From an uncultured Actinomycetes bacterium (GTDB lineage Bacteria; Actinomycetota; Thermoleophilia; UBA2241), in NCBI GenBank assembly GCA_963767005.1, contig CAVYCN010000004.1, positions 160,001 through 224,000 of the forward strand: a DNA stretch of 64,000 nucleotides. Direction: 5' to 3'. The first letter of the stretch is position 1; each line of letters begins with the position of its first letter. The notes below the pieces were generated by a model. That model was not told the origin of the DNA. It was given only the letters and a program-made list of their open reading frames with translations, and searched no databases. A program made the translations under genes and the position numbers. Positions 38,464 to 48,734 of the stretch are shown here, piece by piece.

Positions 38464-39519
38464 GTGCACATCCCCGACGGCTACCTGGGTCCGGAGACGC
38501 TGGCCGCCGGCTGGGCGGTCACTCTGCCAGTCTGGTACCGCGCCAATCGGGCCACGAAGAAGCTCCTTTCGCAGCCCAAGATGATCCCCGTGCTGGCCTT
38601 CGGCGCCGCCTTTTCGTTTCTGGTCATGATGCTCAACGTGCCGGTCGCCGGGGGCACCACGGCGCACGCCGTGGGGGCGGTCCTGATAGCGGTGATCGCG
38701 GGACCCGAGATCGCCTGTCTCGCGGTCAGTGCGGCCCTCGTCATCCAGGCGTTCTTCTTCGGCGACGGCGGCATTCTCACGCTGGGTATCAACGTCTTCA
38801 ACATGGCGATCGTCATGCCCTACGTGGGGTATGCGATCTACTCCCTGGTGAGCGCTCGGTCCGACCTGCAGTCCCCGCGGCGTCTCTACGCGGCCGCCAT
38901 CGGCGCCTACTGTGGCCTCGTGGTGGCGGCCTTCTGCAACTCCATCGAGCTCGGCATCCAGCCCCTGCTGCACACCGTGAATGGTGTTGCCCAGTACGCT
39001 CCCTACGGCCTGAAAGTGACGATCCCGGCAATGGTCGGCTCGCACGCCCTCGTCGTCGGCCCCATCGAGGCCGCCTTCACCGTCGGTGTCTTCGCCGTCC
39101 TGCGTCGCCAGAACCCGGAGCTCTTCACTGCCGGCGGGACTGCCGCGGCGCCGGTGCGACGCCGTTGGCTTATCGGCCTGCTGGCCGTATTCGTCGCCGC
39201 CGTGCCGCTGGGCCTGCTGGCAAGCGGCGGCGCCTTCGGCGAGTGGGACGCCGGCGAGATCGCCACGCGCATCGGCTACGTGCCCCACGGCCTGGCTTAT
39301 CTGGGAGGCCACTGGGGCGGCCTGCTGCCCGACTATGGCTGGAGCGGAGCCAGCGGCATCTGGCTGGTCGTCTCCTACGTCGTGAGCGCCCTGGTCGGCG
39401 TGGCCGTGCTCACCGCGATCGTCTGGCTCGTGGTCAGGCTGCGGCGGCGCGCGGCGCGCGCGCCGGTCGCAACGACCGGGCAGGACGGCGGGCCGGCTGC
39501 GCAGAGCGGCCCCTCCTGA
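38464..39519 (+). CDS. cbiM: Ni/Co ECF transporter substrate component CbiM/NikM fused to a C-terminal N/PDGLE-like domain
   Basis: N-terminal MHIPDGYL, GGTTAH, QAFFFGDGG, C-terminal GEW...LLPDYG. Confidence 0.88.
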   Translation: MHIPDGYLGPETLAAGWAVTLPVWYRANRATKKLLSQPKMIPVLAFGAAFSFLVMMLNVPVAGGTTAHAVGAVLIAVIAGPEIACLAVSAALVIQAFFFGDGGILTLGINVFNMAIVMPYVGYAIYSLVSARSDLQSPRRLYAAAIGAYCGLVVAAFCNSIELGIQPLLHTVNGVAQYAPYGLKVTIPAMVGSHALVVGPIEAAFTVGVFAVLRRQNPELFTAGGTAAAPVRRRWLIGLLAVFVAAVPLGLLASGGAFGEWDAGEIATRIGYVPHGLAYLGGHWGGLLPDYGWSGASGIWLVVSYVVSALVGVAVLTAIVWLVVRLRRRAARAPVATTGQDGGPAAQSGPS

Positions 39520-39537
39520 GCCTGCTGAGAGCCGCCG

Positions 39538-40527
39538 GTGCCCGACGCCCCGCGACCTTCGACGCCGCCTGCTCAGCCCCCTGAGGGGATCGGTCGTCCG
39601 CCTGCGTGGCTGCTCGCGGTGCCGGTCGCGGCCCAGCCCCCGGGGGCGAGTGGATCCCACCGCTCGCGGAGGGCCTTCAGCGATCGCCTGCTGAGATCGC
39701 TGGCCGCCTGGCTCGAGCGGGCGATGAGCGCCGACGAGCTGGCTCGCCGGCGCGGCCTGCTGCAGCGCCTCGATCCGCGCGTCAAGCTCGTCACCCTGCT
39801 GGCGCTCATCGTCACTGCGGCCGTGGCCACGAGGACAACGGTGCTCGCTGTGCTGTTTGTCGTCGCAGTCGCCCTGGTGCTGGCCTCGCGGATCGACCTG
39901 GGCCGCTTCGCCCTGAGGGCCTGGACGTTCATCCCCTTCTTCACCGCGCTGATCATGCTCCCGGCGGTATTCGACGTCGTCACTCCCGGGCGACCCCTGT
40001 TCACGTTGTGGTCCCATGGCACGCCGTTCTGGCCGCTGCCCGGCCGGCTGGCTGTCACGGCGGCCGGTGTGTTCGAGTTCGCGCGCCTCGTCCTGCGGGT
40101 GACGGTCGTCGTCTCCTACGGCGTGCTGCTCACCGTCACGACCCCCTGGTCCGACCTGCTCAGAGCCCTGCGGGCGGTCGGCGTGCCGCGCAGCCTGGTC
40201 TTCGTGCTCGCCGTCGCCTATCGCTACATCTTCACGCTCGTGCGGCTCGTGCAGGACATGGCCGTCGCGCGCACGAGCCGCCTGGTCGGGCCCGTCTCAG
40301 CCGCCGAGGATCGCCGCTTCCTGGGTGGTGCTGTAGCCGCGCTGTTCGGCAAGTCGCAGGCGGTCAGCGAGCAGGTCTACCAGGCCATGGTCGCGCGCGG
40401 CTACACTGGCGAGGTGCACACGCTCGATACGTGGAGCTTTCGTCGGCGCGACGTGGTGTGGGTCGTCGCGGTGACCGCCGGCTTGGCCGCGCTGCTGATC
40501 GGCGCGCCCCTCCTGGGAGCACGTTGA
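39538..40527 (+). CDS. cbiQ: ECF transporter T component CbiQ/NikQ
   Basis: LQRLDPRVKL, TTPWSDLLRAL, AYRYIF, VYQAMVARGY. Confidence 0.88.
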   Translation: MPDAPRPSTPPAQPPEGIGRPPAWLLAVPVAAQPPGASGSHRSRRAFSDRLLRSLAAWLERAMSADELARRRGLLQRLDPRVKLVTLLALIVTAAVATRTTVLAVLFVVAVALVLASRIDLGRFALRAWTFIPFFTALIMLPAVFDVVTPGRPLFTLWSHGTPFWPLPGRLAVTAAGVFEFARLVLRVTVVVSYGVLLTVTTPWSDLLRALRAVGVPRSLVFVLAVAYRYIFTLVRLVQDMAVARTSRLVGPVSAAEDRRFLGGAVAALFGKSQAVSEQVYQAMVARGYTGEVHTLDTWSFRRRDVVWVVAVTAGLAALLIGAPLLGAR

Positions 40528-41462
40528 TGGTGCCGTCCGAGTCGGGCTCCGGTGGCGCCGTGTTCCTCCTGGCCGGCGTGGGCTACGCCTACGCGGCCGG
40601 GGTCGAGGCGCTCGCCGCGGTCGACCTGCAGGTCGACCGCGGCGAGCGCCTCGCCGTCCTCGGCGCCAACGGCTCGGGCAAGTCGACCCTCCTCAAGGTA
40701 CTGGCTGGCCTCGTCGAGCCGACCGGCGGCACGGTCGAGGCCTTCGGGGCGCGCATCGACGGCGGCGCCCTCGGCGACGAGGCGGTCGCCCAGGGCTTCC
40801 GGCGACGCGTGGGCATGGTGTTCCAGAGCGCCGACGCCCAGCTCTTCAGCCCCACCGTGCGCGACGAGGTCGCCTTCGGGCCGCTGCACCTCGGCCTGCC
40901 GCGCGACGAGGTAGCCGGGCGGGTCGACGACACGCTGGGCATGCTCGGCCTGCGCGACCTCGCCGAACGGCCGCCCTACAACCTGAGCGGCGGCGAGAAG
41001 AAGAAGGTGGCGCTCGCCTGCGTGCTGTCGATCAACCCCGAGGTCCTGCTGCTCGACGAGCCCACGAACGGGCTCGACCCGCGCACGCAGGAGTGGCTGA
41101 TCGAGCTGCTCGGACAGCTTCACCTCGCCGGCAAGACCATCGTCCTCGCGACCCATCAGCTCGACGTCCTCGGCCGCCTCGCCGACCGCGCCCTCGTCCT
41201 CGGCGAGGACCACCGGCCGGCCGCCGACGGCCCCCTCGCCGCCGTGCTGGCCGATCGCGAGCTGCTGCTCTCGGTCAATCTGATCCACGAGCATGCCCAC
41301 CATCACGGCGCACTGCTGCACTCGCATCCACACGCCCACCCGCCCGGCCACGAGCATCACGACGGCGCGGCCCCCGAGCATCGCCATCGGCACGGCGCCG
41401 GGACCGCGGCCGACGTCCTGCCCGACGCCGGCGCGGCCGACCACGAGCACCCGCATGGCTGA
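40527..41462 (+). CDS. cbiO: ECF transporter ATPase CbiO/NikO with His-rich C-terminus
   Basis: GANGSGKST, FQSADAQLF, LSGGEKKK, LLDEPT; tail HEHAHHHGALLHSHPHAH...HEHPHG. Confidence 0.9.
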   Translation: MVPSESGSGGAVFLLAGVGYAYAAGVEALAAVDLQVDRGERLAVLGANGSGKSTLLKVLAGLVEPTGGTVEAFGARIDGGALGDEAVAQGFRRRVGMVFQSADAQLFSPTVRDEVAFGPLHLGLPRDEVAGRVDDTLGMLGLRDLAERPPYNLSGGEKKKVALACVLSINPEVLLLDEPTNGLDPRTQEWLIELLGQLHLAGKTIVLATHQLDVLGRLADRALVLGEDHRPAADGPLAAVLADRELLLSVNLIHEHAHHHGALLHSHPHAHPPGHEHHDGAAPEHRHRHGAGTAADVLPDAGAADHEHPHG

Positions 41463-41940
41463 GACGCCGGTCGCCGTCCGAGAGGCTCGCGCCGGCGACG
41501 CGGCGGCGCTCGCCGGGCTCATGACCGAGCTCGGCTACCCGACCGCCAAGCCGCGCGCGGCCGAGCGGCTCGCGGCGCTCTTCGCGAGCGCCGACGACGT
41601 CGTGTTCGTGGCGGTGGCCGCCGACGGGGCCGTGGTGGGCTTCGTGCACGCCGCCGAGCGGCGGCTGCTGGTGAGCGAACGCTTCGTCGAGATGGAGGCG
41701 CTGATCGTCACGGCGGCGGCACGGCGTCACGGCGTCGCCGCCGGCCTGGTCGACGCGGTCGAGGCCTGGACACGCGCCCGCGGCGTCGCCGAGCTGCGCG
41801 TGCGAGCGCGCATCGAGCGAGACGCGGCCCACCGCTTCTACCAGGAGCGCGGCTTCGCGCTCGCCAAGCAGCAGCGCCTGTTCGTCAAGGCGCTGGGCGA
41901 GCCGGGCGGCGGTCGCGGTCCGACGGACCGGCCGGACTGA
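41455..41940 (+). CDS. GNAT-family N-acetyltransferase
   Basis: ARRHGVAAGLV, AHRFYQERGF. Confidence 0.85.
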   Translation: MAETPVAVREARAGDAAALAGLMTELGYPTAKPRAAERLAALFASADDVVFVAVAADGAVVGFVHAAERRLLVSERFVEMEALIVTAAARRHGVAAGLVDAVEAWTRARGVAELRVRARIERDAAHRFYQERGFALAKQQRLFVKALGEPGGGRGPTDRPD

Positions 41941-42119
41941 AGACGAGCCGGCCCGGCGTGCTCGCGCTCGCCGGCCGCGGCTCGGAAGGGCGGAGCGGCA
42001 AACGCCACGCGGCGTCGGCGGTCGCGGCGCGGTGTACACTCAGGCCCCGCCTCGCGGCGCGCCGCACGAACGGACTCGATCGCCGCGGGGACGTCTGAAC
42101 GACCATCCGGGGGCAGCCC

Positions 42120-42182
42120 TGCAACCTTTTGCCGCCTGCAGCCGTCTAACGTGCAACCTTCTCGCTCATGACACCGTCTAAC
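42120..42182 (+). promoter_or_regulatory. Two tandem ECF-sigma promoter motifs
   Basis: TGCAAC-N17-CGTCTAA at 42120-42149 and again at 42152-42181 (32-bp period). Confidence 0.75.
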
Positions 42183-42746
42183 CTCGCGGACCATACCGAT
42201 CTGCCCGAGCCTAGCCCTCACGACGTGGCGGCTGCGGCGGCGGGCGATCGTGATGCGTTCCGCAGGATCGTCGAAAGGTATCAGGGCATGGTCTACACGA
42301 TGGCCTACAACCTGCTCGGCAACCACACCGACGCCGAGGACGCCTCGCAGGAGGCGTTCCTGCGGCTGCACCAGAAGCTGAGCGGGTTCCGCGGCTACTC
42401 CACGTTCACGACGTGGTTCTTCCGGCTCGCCCTGAACGCGATCATCGACTACCAGCGCCGCGACCGGAAGTACGGCGCCCTGCCCGACGTGCCCGAGCCG
42501 GTCGTCGACCCCGAGGCCGACGTCCTGCGGCGCGACGGCTACGCGAGGGTCATGCGCGCCCTCGGCGACCTGCCGCCCGACTACCGCCTGCCGCTCGTCC
42601 TGCGTGACCTGTACGGGCTGCGCTACGGCGAGATCTCCGACGCCCTCGACCGGCCGCTCGGCACGATCAAGGCCTGCGTGCATCGCGGCCGCACGTCGCT
42701 GCGCCTGCGGCTGCGGGCGAGCGGCGCGCTCGACGGAGACGACTGA
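42168..42746 (+). CDS. ECF (sigma-70 group 4) sigma factor; start may be GTG 42225
   Basis: GDRDAFRRIV, DAEDASQEAF, FTTWFFRLALN, YGEISDALDRPLGTIKACVHRGR. Confidence 0.92.
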   Translation: MTPSNLADHTDLPEPSPHDVAAAAAGDRDAFRRIVERYQGMVYTMAYNLLGNHTDAEDASQEAFLRLHQKLSGFRGYSTFTTWFFRLALNAIIDYQRRDRKYGALPDVPEPVVDPEADVLRRDGYARVMRALGDLPPDYRLPLVLRDLYGLRYGEISDALDRPLGTIKACVHRGRTSLRLRLRASGALDGDD

Positions 42747-42807
42747 TGGACCGCGCCGCACGAGCCGATCAGGTCGACCGCGTCGCGGATCGTCCCGTGG
42801 AGGATCG

Positions 42808-43206
42808 ATGGACTGCGTAGCCTGTCGCGAGGTGGTGCAGCGCTTCATAGACGGCGAGCTCGGCGACGAGCAGGTCGTCGAGTTCCAGCGCCACCTGAGC
42901 TTCTGTCCCGAGTGCGCGGCCGAGCTGCGCGGCGTGTCGGCCGCGCGCGCCGTGCTGCAGGCCACCCGCGAGGTCACGGTCGAGGTGCCGGCGGGCTTTG
43001 CCGAGCGCGTCATGACCGCCCTCGACGAGCAGCCCGAGCCCACGTCGTTCGAGCGGCTCCTGTCGGCCGCGACCGGCGGCGTGCTGCCCGGACGGCTGCC
43101 CCGTCGCCTGCGGCTCTACACCTACTACGGCCTCGCCGCGACCGCCGCGATCGTCGGCCTGCAGTACGCGCTCGGCCGCAAGCCCGAGGGCGAGGCCAAG
43201 ATATGA
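42808..43206 (+). CDS. Zinc-binding (zf-HC2) anti-sigma factor with C-terminal TM
   Basis: MDCVAC...FIDGEL...HLSFCPEC (HxxxCxxC); GGAGG RBS. Confidence 0.85.
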   Translation: MDCVACREVVQRFIDGELGDEQVVEFQRHLSFCPECAAELRGVSAARAVLQATREVTVEVPAGFAERVMTALDEQPEPTSFERLLSAATGGVLPGRLPRRLRLYTYYGLAATAAIVGLQYALGRKPEGEAKI

Positions 43207-43691
43207 GCGGCCTCACGCGCGAGCAGATCGAGGAGCTCATCCCCCATCGTCCGCCGTTCCTGCTGCTCGACGAGGTGGTCGAGCTCGAGCCCGGCGAGCG
43301 CTGCCACGCCCGCCGCCTGGTGCGCCCCGACGACTGGTGGTTCGCCGGGCACTTCCCCGACAACCCGGTCATGCCCGGCGTGCTGATCGTCGAGGCGCTC
43401 GCCCAGGCGGGTGTCGTCACGGCACTCTCGCACCCCGCCAACCGCGGCAAGCTGATCCTCTTCGCCGGCATCGACAAGGTGCGCTTCAAGCGGGTGGTCG
43501 TGCCGGGCGACACGCTCGACCTCAGGGTCGAGGTCACCATGGCGCGCAGCGCGGTCGGCCGCGGCAAGGTGAGCGCCAGCGTGCAGGGCGAGACGGCGTG
43601 TCGCGGCGAGCTCATGTTCGCGATGGCCGACGCCGCCGAGACGGCAGCCGGCCACGCCCGCCTGAGCCCGGGCGCCGGAGAGGACCGGTGA
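43203..43691 (+). CDS. fabZ: 3-hydroxyacyl-ACP dehydratase
   Basis: IPHRPPFLLLD, FAGHFPDNPVMPGVLIVEALAQ; ATGA overlap with the anti-sigma stop. Confidence 0.93.
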   Translation: MSGLTREQIEELIPHRPPFLLLDEVVELEPGERCHARRLVRPDDWWFAGHFPDNPVMPGVLIVEALAQAGVVTALSHPANRGKLILFAGIDKVRFKRVVVPGDTLDLRVEVTMARSAVGRGKVSASVQGETACRGELMFAMADAAETAAGHARLSPGAGEDR

Positions 43692-44695
43692 TCGGGCTCC
43701 GTCGCGGACTCGTTCACGGGGCCAAGATCGCGGCGCTCGGCGTGTCGGTGCCCGAGCGGGTCCTCACCAACGACGAGCTGTCGCTCACCATCGACACCTC
43801 CGACGAGTGGATCTCGTCGCGCACCGGCATCCGCGAACGCCGCGTGTGCCGGGCCGACCAGGCCACGTCGGACCTCGCCGTCGAGGCGGCGACCGACCTG
43901 CTGGCGAGCAACGGCCACCGGGCCGAGGACATCGACCTCGTGATCAGCACCTCGCTCGTGCCCGACATGGTGTTCCCGGCGACGGCCTCGGTCGTGGCCG
44001 AGCGCATCGGCGCGGTCAACGCCGGGGCTTTCGATGTGCAGTCGGGCTGCACCGGCTTCGTGTACGGCCTGGCGACCGCCACGGCCTTCGTGTCGGCCGG
44101 CATCTACGACAACGTGCTGGTCACGGGGGCCGAGGCCGTGTCCAAGGCGCTCGACTGGCAGGACCGCGAGACGTGCGTGCTGTTCGGCGACGGCGCCGGC
44201 GCGGTGCTCGTGCGACCCAGCGACAACGGCTCGATCTTCGCGTTCGACCTCGGCAACGACGGCACCGGCGCGCCGTTCCTGAACATGCCGGCCGGGGGCA
44301 CGGCGCAGCCGGCGACGCACCAGACGGTCGACGAGCGCCAGCACTTCCTGCGCATGAACGGCCGCGAGGTCTACCGCTTTGCCACCCGCCGTGTGGTCGA
44401 GTCGTGCCGCAAGACCTTGGACGACGCCGGCGTGACCCCCGCCGAGGTCGACCTGTTCGTGCCGCACCAGGCCAACCTGCGCATCATCGAGAAGGTGGCG
44501 GCGCAGCTCGGCTTCGCCGAGGAGCAGGTGTTCTCGAACCTCGAGCGCTTCGGCAACACCTCGTGCGCGTCGATCCCCCTCTGCCTGCACGACGCCATGG
44601 CCCAGGGTCGTTTGAAGAAGGGCGACCGGCTGCTGATCGTGGGCTTCGGCGCCGGCCTCACCTGGGGCTCGTGCCTGACCAGGTGGGAGCTGTGA
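43688..44695 (+). CDS. fabH: Beta-ketoacyl-ACP synthase III
   Basis: DTSDEWISSRTGIRERR, SGCTGF, FGDGAGA, PHQANLRI, GNTSCASIP, GFGAGLTWG. Confidence 0.94.
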   Translation: MIGLRRGLVHGAKIAALGVSVPERVLTNDELSLTIDTSDEWISSRTGIRERRVCRADQATSDLAVEAATDLLASNGHRAEDIDLVISTSLVPDMVFPATASVVAERIGAVNAGAFDVQSGCTGFVYGLATATAFVSAGIYDNVLVTGAEAVSKALDWQDRETCVLFGDGAGAVLVRPSDNGSIFAFDLGNDGTGAPFLNMPAGGTAQPATHQTVDERQHFLRMNGREVYRFATRRVVESCRKTLDDAGVTPAEVDLFVPHQANLRIIEKVAAQLGFAEEQVFSNLERFGNTSCASIPLCLHDAMAQGRLKKGDRLLIVGFGAGLTWGSCLTRWEL

Positions 44696-44720
44696 GCCCG
44701 ATCGGGAGCGCTGCGGGCCT

Positions 44721-45647
44721 GTGATCGCGCTGCTGTTCCCCGGCCAGGGTTCGCAGGCCGCCGGCATGGGCTGCGACCTCTACGACTCCTACCCGGTCGC
44801 CCGCGACGCCTTCGACGAGGCGAGCGAGGTGCTGGGCTACGACCTCACGGGCGTCTGCCGCATCGGCGATCCAGACCGCCTCGGACAGACCGAGATCACC
44901 CAGCCCGCCCTGCTGGCCCACTCGGTGGCCGCGCTGCGCGTCCTGCGCGAGGGCGGCCTGTCGTTCGACGCCGCGCTCGGCCACAGCCTCGGTGAGTACA
45001 GCGCGCTCGTCGCCACCGGGGCGCTCGGCTTTCGCCAGGCCGTCGCGCTCGTCAAGGCGCGTGGCGAGGCCATGGCCGCGGCGGCTGCGCGCAACCCCGG
45101 CGCCATGCTGGCCGTGATCGGCCTCGACGCCGGCGTCGTCGACGAGCTCTGCGCGGGCCTCGCCGAGACCTGGCCGGCGAACTACAACTGCCCTGGGCAG
45201 GTCGTCGTGAGCTGCGCCGAGGGCGCCGCGGCGAGGTTCGAGGAGGCGTCCCGGGCGGCCGGCGCACGGCGCGTCGTGCGCCTGGCGGTGAGCGGCGCCT
45301 TCCATTCGCCGCTCGTGGCGCCGGCCGCGGCCGCGCTGCGCGAGCGGCTTTCGGCGGCCTCCTGGGCGGCCCCGGACCCCGCCTTCTTCTCCACCTGTAG
45401 CGCGGCGTTCGAGACCGGCGGCTTCGCCGCGCTCCTCGAACGTCAGCTCGTGTCGCCCGTGCGCTTCGAGCAGTCGGTCCGCGGCCTGTCCGCGGCGGGA
45501 TACAATGCGTATCTCGAGGTCGGCCCGGGGGCCGTGCTCACCGGCCTCGTGAAGCGTATCGACGGAGCGGCCGTCACGGCGACCGCGGGCGACGTGGGTT
45601 CGCTCGTGCGCGTGCTCGAGGGCGGCCTCGCCAGCCAGGGAGGCTGA
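44721..45647 (+). CDS. fabD: Malonyl-CoA:ACP transacylase
   Basis: FPGQGSQ, GHSLGEY, SGAFHS. Confidence 0.94.
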   Translation: MIALLFPGQGSQAAGMGCDLYDSYPVARDAFDEASEVLGYDLTGVCRIGDPDRLGQTEITQPALLAHSVAALRVLREGGLSFDAALGHSLGEYSALVATGALGFRQAVALVKARGEAMAAAAARNPGAMLAVIGLDAGVVDELCAGLAETWPANYNCPGQVVVSCAEGAAARFEEASRAAGARRVVRLAVSGAFHSPLVAPAAAALRERLSAASWAAPDPAFFSTCSAAFETGGFAALLERQLVSPVRFEQSVRGLSAAGYNAYLEVGPGAVLTGLVKRIDGAAVTATAGDVGSLVRVLEGGLASQGG

Positions 45648-45650
45648 CCG

Positions 45651-46406
45651 ATGACGACGACCATCGACCTGAGCGGCAGCGTGGCGCTCGTGACCGGCGC
45701 CGGCCGCGGGATCGGCCGTGAGATCGCCCTGACGCTGGCCGCGGCCGGCGCCGCCGTCGCCGTCAACGACTTCGCCGGCGAGGACGCCTGCCGGGCGGCC
45801 GTCGCCGACATCGAGGCGCTCGGCGCGGCGGCGATGTACGTCATGGGCGACGTCGGCGACGACGAGGCGGTGTACGCGATGGTCGAGCGCGTCGAGGCCG
45901 AGCTCGGGCCGCTCGGCGTGGTCGTCAACAACGCCGGCATCACGCGCGACAACGTCGTGATGCTGATGAGCCCCGACGACTTCGACGCCGTCCTGCGCAC
46001 GCACCTGCGCGGCACCTTCCTCGTGTCCAAGGCGGCGTCGCGCAAGATGCTGCGCCGGCGCGACGGCGTGATCGTCAACGTTTCGAGCGTGGTCGGCCGG
46101 CGCGGCAACGCCGGCCAGGCCAACTACGCGGCCGCCAAGGCCGGCATCATCGGCCTGACCAAGTCGCTCGCCAAGGAGCTCGGCGCGCGCAACATCCGGG
46201 TGAACGCGGTGGCGCCCGGCTACATCGACACGCCCATGACCCAGGCCCTGTCCGACGACGTACGCGCGGCGATCGTGGCGGCCACGCCGCTCAAGGGCAT
46301 CGGCGCGGCCTCCGACGTCGCCAACGCCGTGCTGTTTCTCGCCTCGCCGCTCGCGCGTTACATTACCGGGTGCACACTCCCGGTCGACGGCGGCCTCGGC
46401 ACTTGA
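45651..46406 (+). CDS. fabG: 3-oxoacyl-ACP reductase
   Basis: TGAGRGIG, NNAGITRD, GQANYAAAK, VAPGYIDT. Confidence 0.93.
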   Translation: MTTTIDLSGSVALVTGAGRGIGREIALTLAAAGAAVAVNDFAGEDACRAAVADIEALGAAAMYVMGDVGDDEAVYAMVERVEAELGPLGVVVNNAGITRDNVVMLMSPDDFDAVLRTHLRGTFLVSKAASRKMLRRRDGVIVNVSSVVGRRGNAGQANYAAAKAGIIGLTKSLAKELGARNIRVNAVAPGYIDTPMTQALSDDVRAAIVAATPLKGIGAASDVANAVLFLASPLARYITGCTLPVDGGLGT

Positions 46407-46459
46407 CGGTGAGCCCGCGAAAGGCCGCCGCCCGGCCGAGCCCGAAGGAGCGATCCCAC

Positions 46460-47707
<1,248 letters not shown>

Positions 47708-47741
47708 TGGGCGCGCCGGTCGACAGGCGCCGGGGCGAGCG

Positions 47742-48734
47742 ATGAGCGTCACGGTCGAGATCGAGCGTCGCGCGAACGGCCCTCAGGACCGCCGCTGGAT
47801 CTGCCCGGCCTGCCGCGCCGATCACGACCACGCCGAGGTGCGCCGCAACCTGTGGGTGTGTCCGGCGTGCGGCCATCACCAGCGCCTGGGCGCGCGTGAC
47901 CGGATCGCCCAGCTCGCCGACGAGGGCACCTTCGTCGAGTACTGGGCCCATCTGCGCACGCTCGACCCCCTCGAGTTCGTCGACCTCGAGCCGTACCCTG
48001 AGCGCGTCCGCGAGGCGCAGGCCTCGAGCGGCTCGACCGAGGCGATCGTGGCGGGCACGGCGGCGATCGACGGCACGCCCTGCGTGCTCGCCGTCCTCGA
48101 CTTCAGCTTCATGGGCGGCAGCATGGGCAGCGTCGTCGGCGAGAAGCTCTGGCGCGCCGCCACGTCGGCGGCCGACGAGGGCCGGCCGCTCGTCGCTGTG
48201 GCGAGCTCGGGTGGGGCCCGCATGCAGGAGGGCGCGATCTCGCTCATGCAGATGGCCAAGACGACCTGCGCGGTCGACGTGTTGAACGACGCCCGCGTCC
48301 CGTTCGTCGCCGTGATGGCCGACCCGTGCACGGGCGGCGTCGTGGCGAGCTTCGTGAGCCTGGCCGACATCTGCCTGGCCGAACCCGGCGCCCTGCTCTA
48401 CTTCTCGGGCCCGCGGGTGATCGCCCAGACCACGCGCGAGCGGCTGCCGGCCGACTTCGGCACCGCCGAGCGCAACCTCGAGCTCGGTCACCTCGACGCC
48501 GTCGTGCCGCGTGCCGAGCTCAAAGGCAAGGTCGGCAACTACCTTCGTCTGTTGAGAGGAGGTGGTCAGCATGACGGACCCGGGCGACGAGAATCGCGAC
48601 GCCGAGGAGGCCGCACGCGACGGCTGGCTCGTGCAGCGTCTGCAAGAGTTGCGGCGGCTTTCAAGGATTCCGGGAGTGAACCTGTCGGAGGAGGCGGAGA
48701 GGCTCCAGGACCTGCTGAAGAGCCGCCGGCATGA
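47742..48734 (+). CDS. accD: Acetyl-CoA carboxylase carboxyltransferase beta subunit
   Basis: CPAC...CPAC zinc finger, FMGGSMG, SGGARMQEG, TGGVVAS, GPRVI. Confidence 0.92.
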   Translation: MSVTVEIERRANGPQDRRWICPACRADHDHAEVRRNLWVCPACGHHQRLGARDRIAQLADEGTFVEYWAHLRTLDPLEFVDLEPYPERVREAQASSGSTEAIVAGTAAIDGTPCVLAVLDFSFMGGSMGSVVGEKLWRAATSAADEGRPLVAVASSGGARMQEGAISLMQMAKTTCAVDVLNDARVPFVAVMADPCTGGVVASFVSLADICLAEPGALLYFSGPRVIAQTTRERLPADFGTAERNLELGHLDAVVPRAELKGKVGNYLRLLRGGGQHDGPGRRESRRRGGRTRRLARAASARVAAAFKDSGSEPVGGGGEAPGPAEEPPA

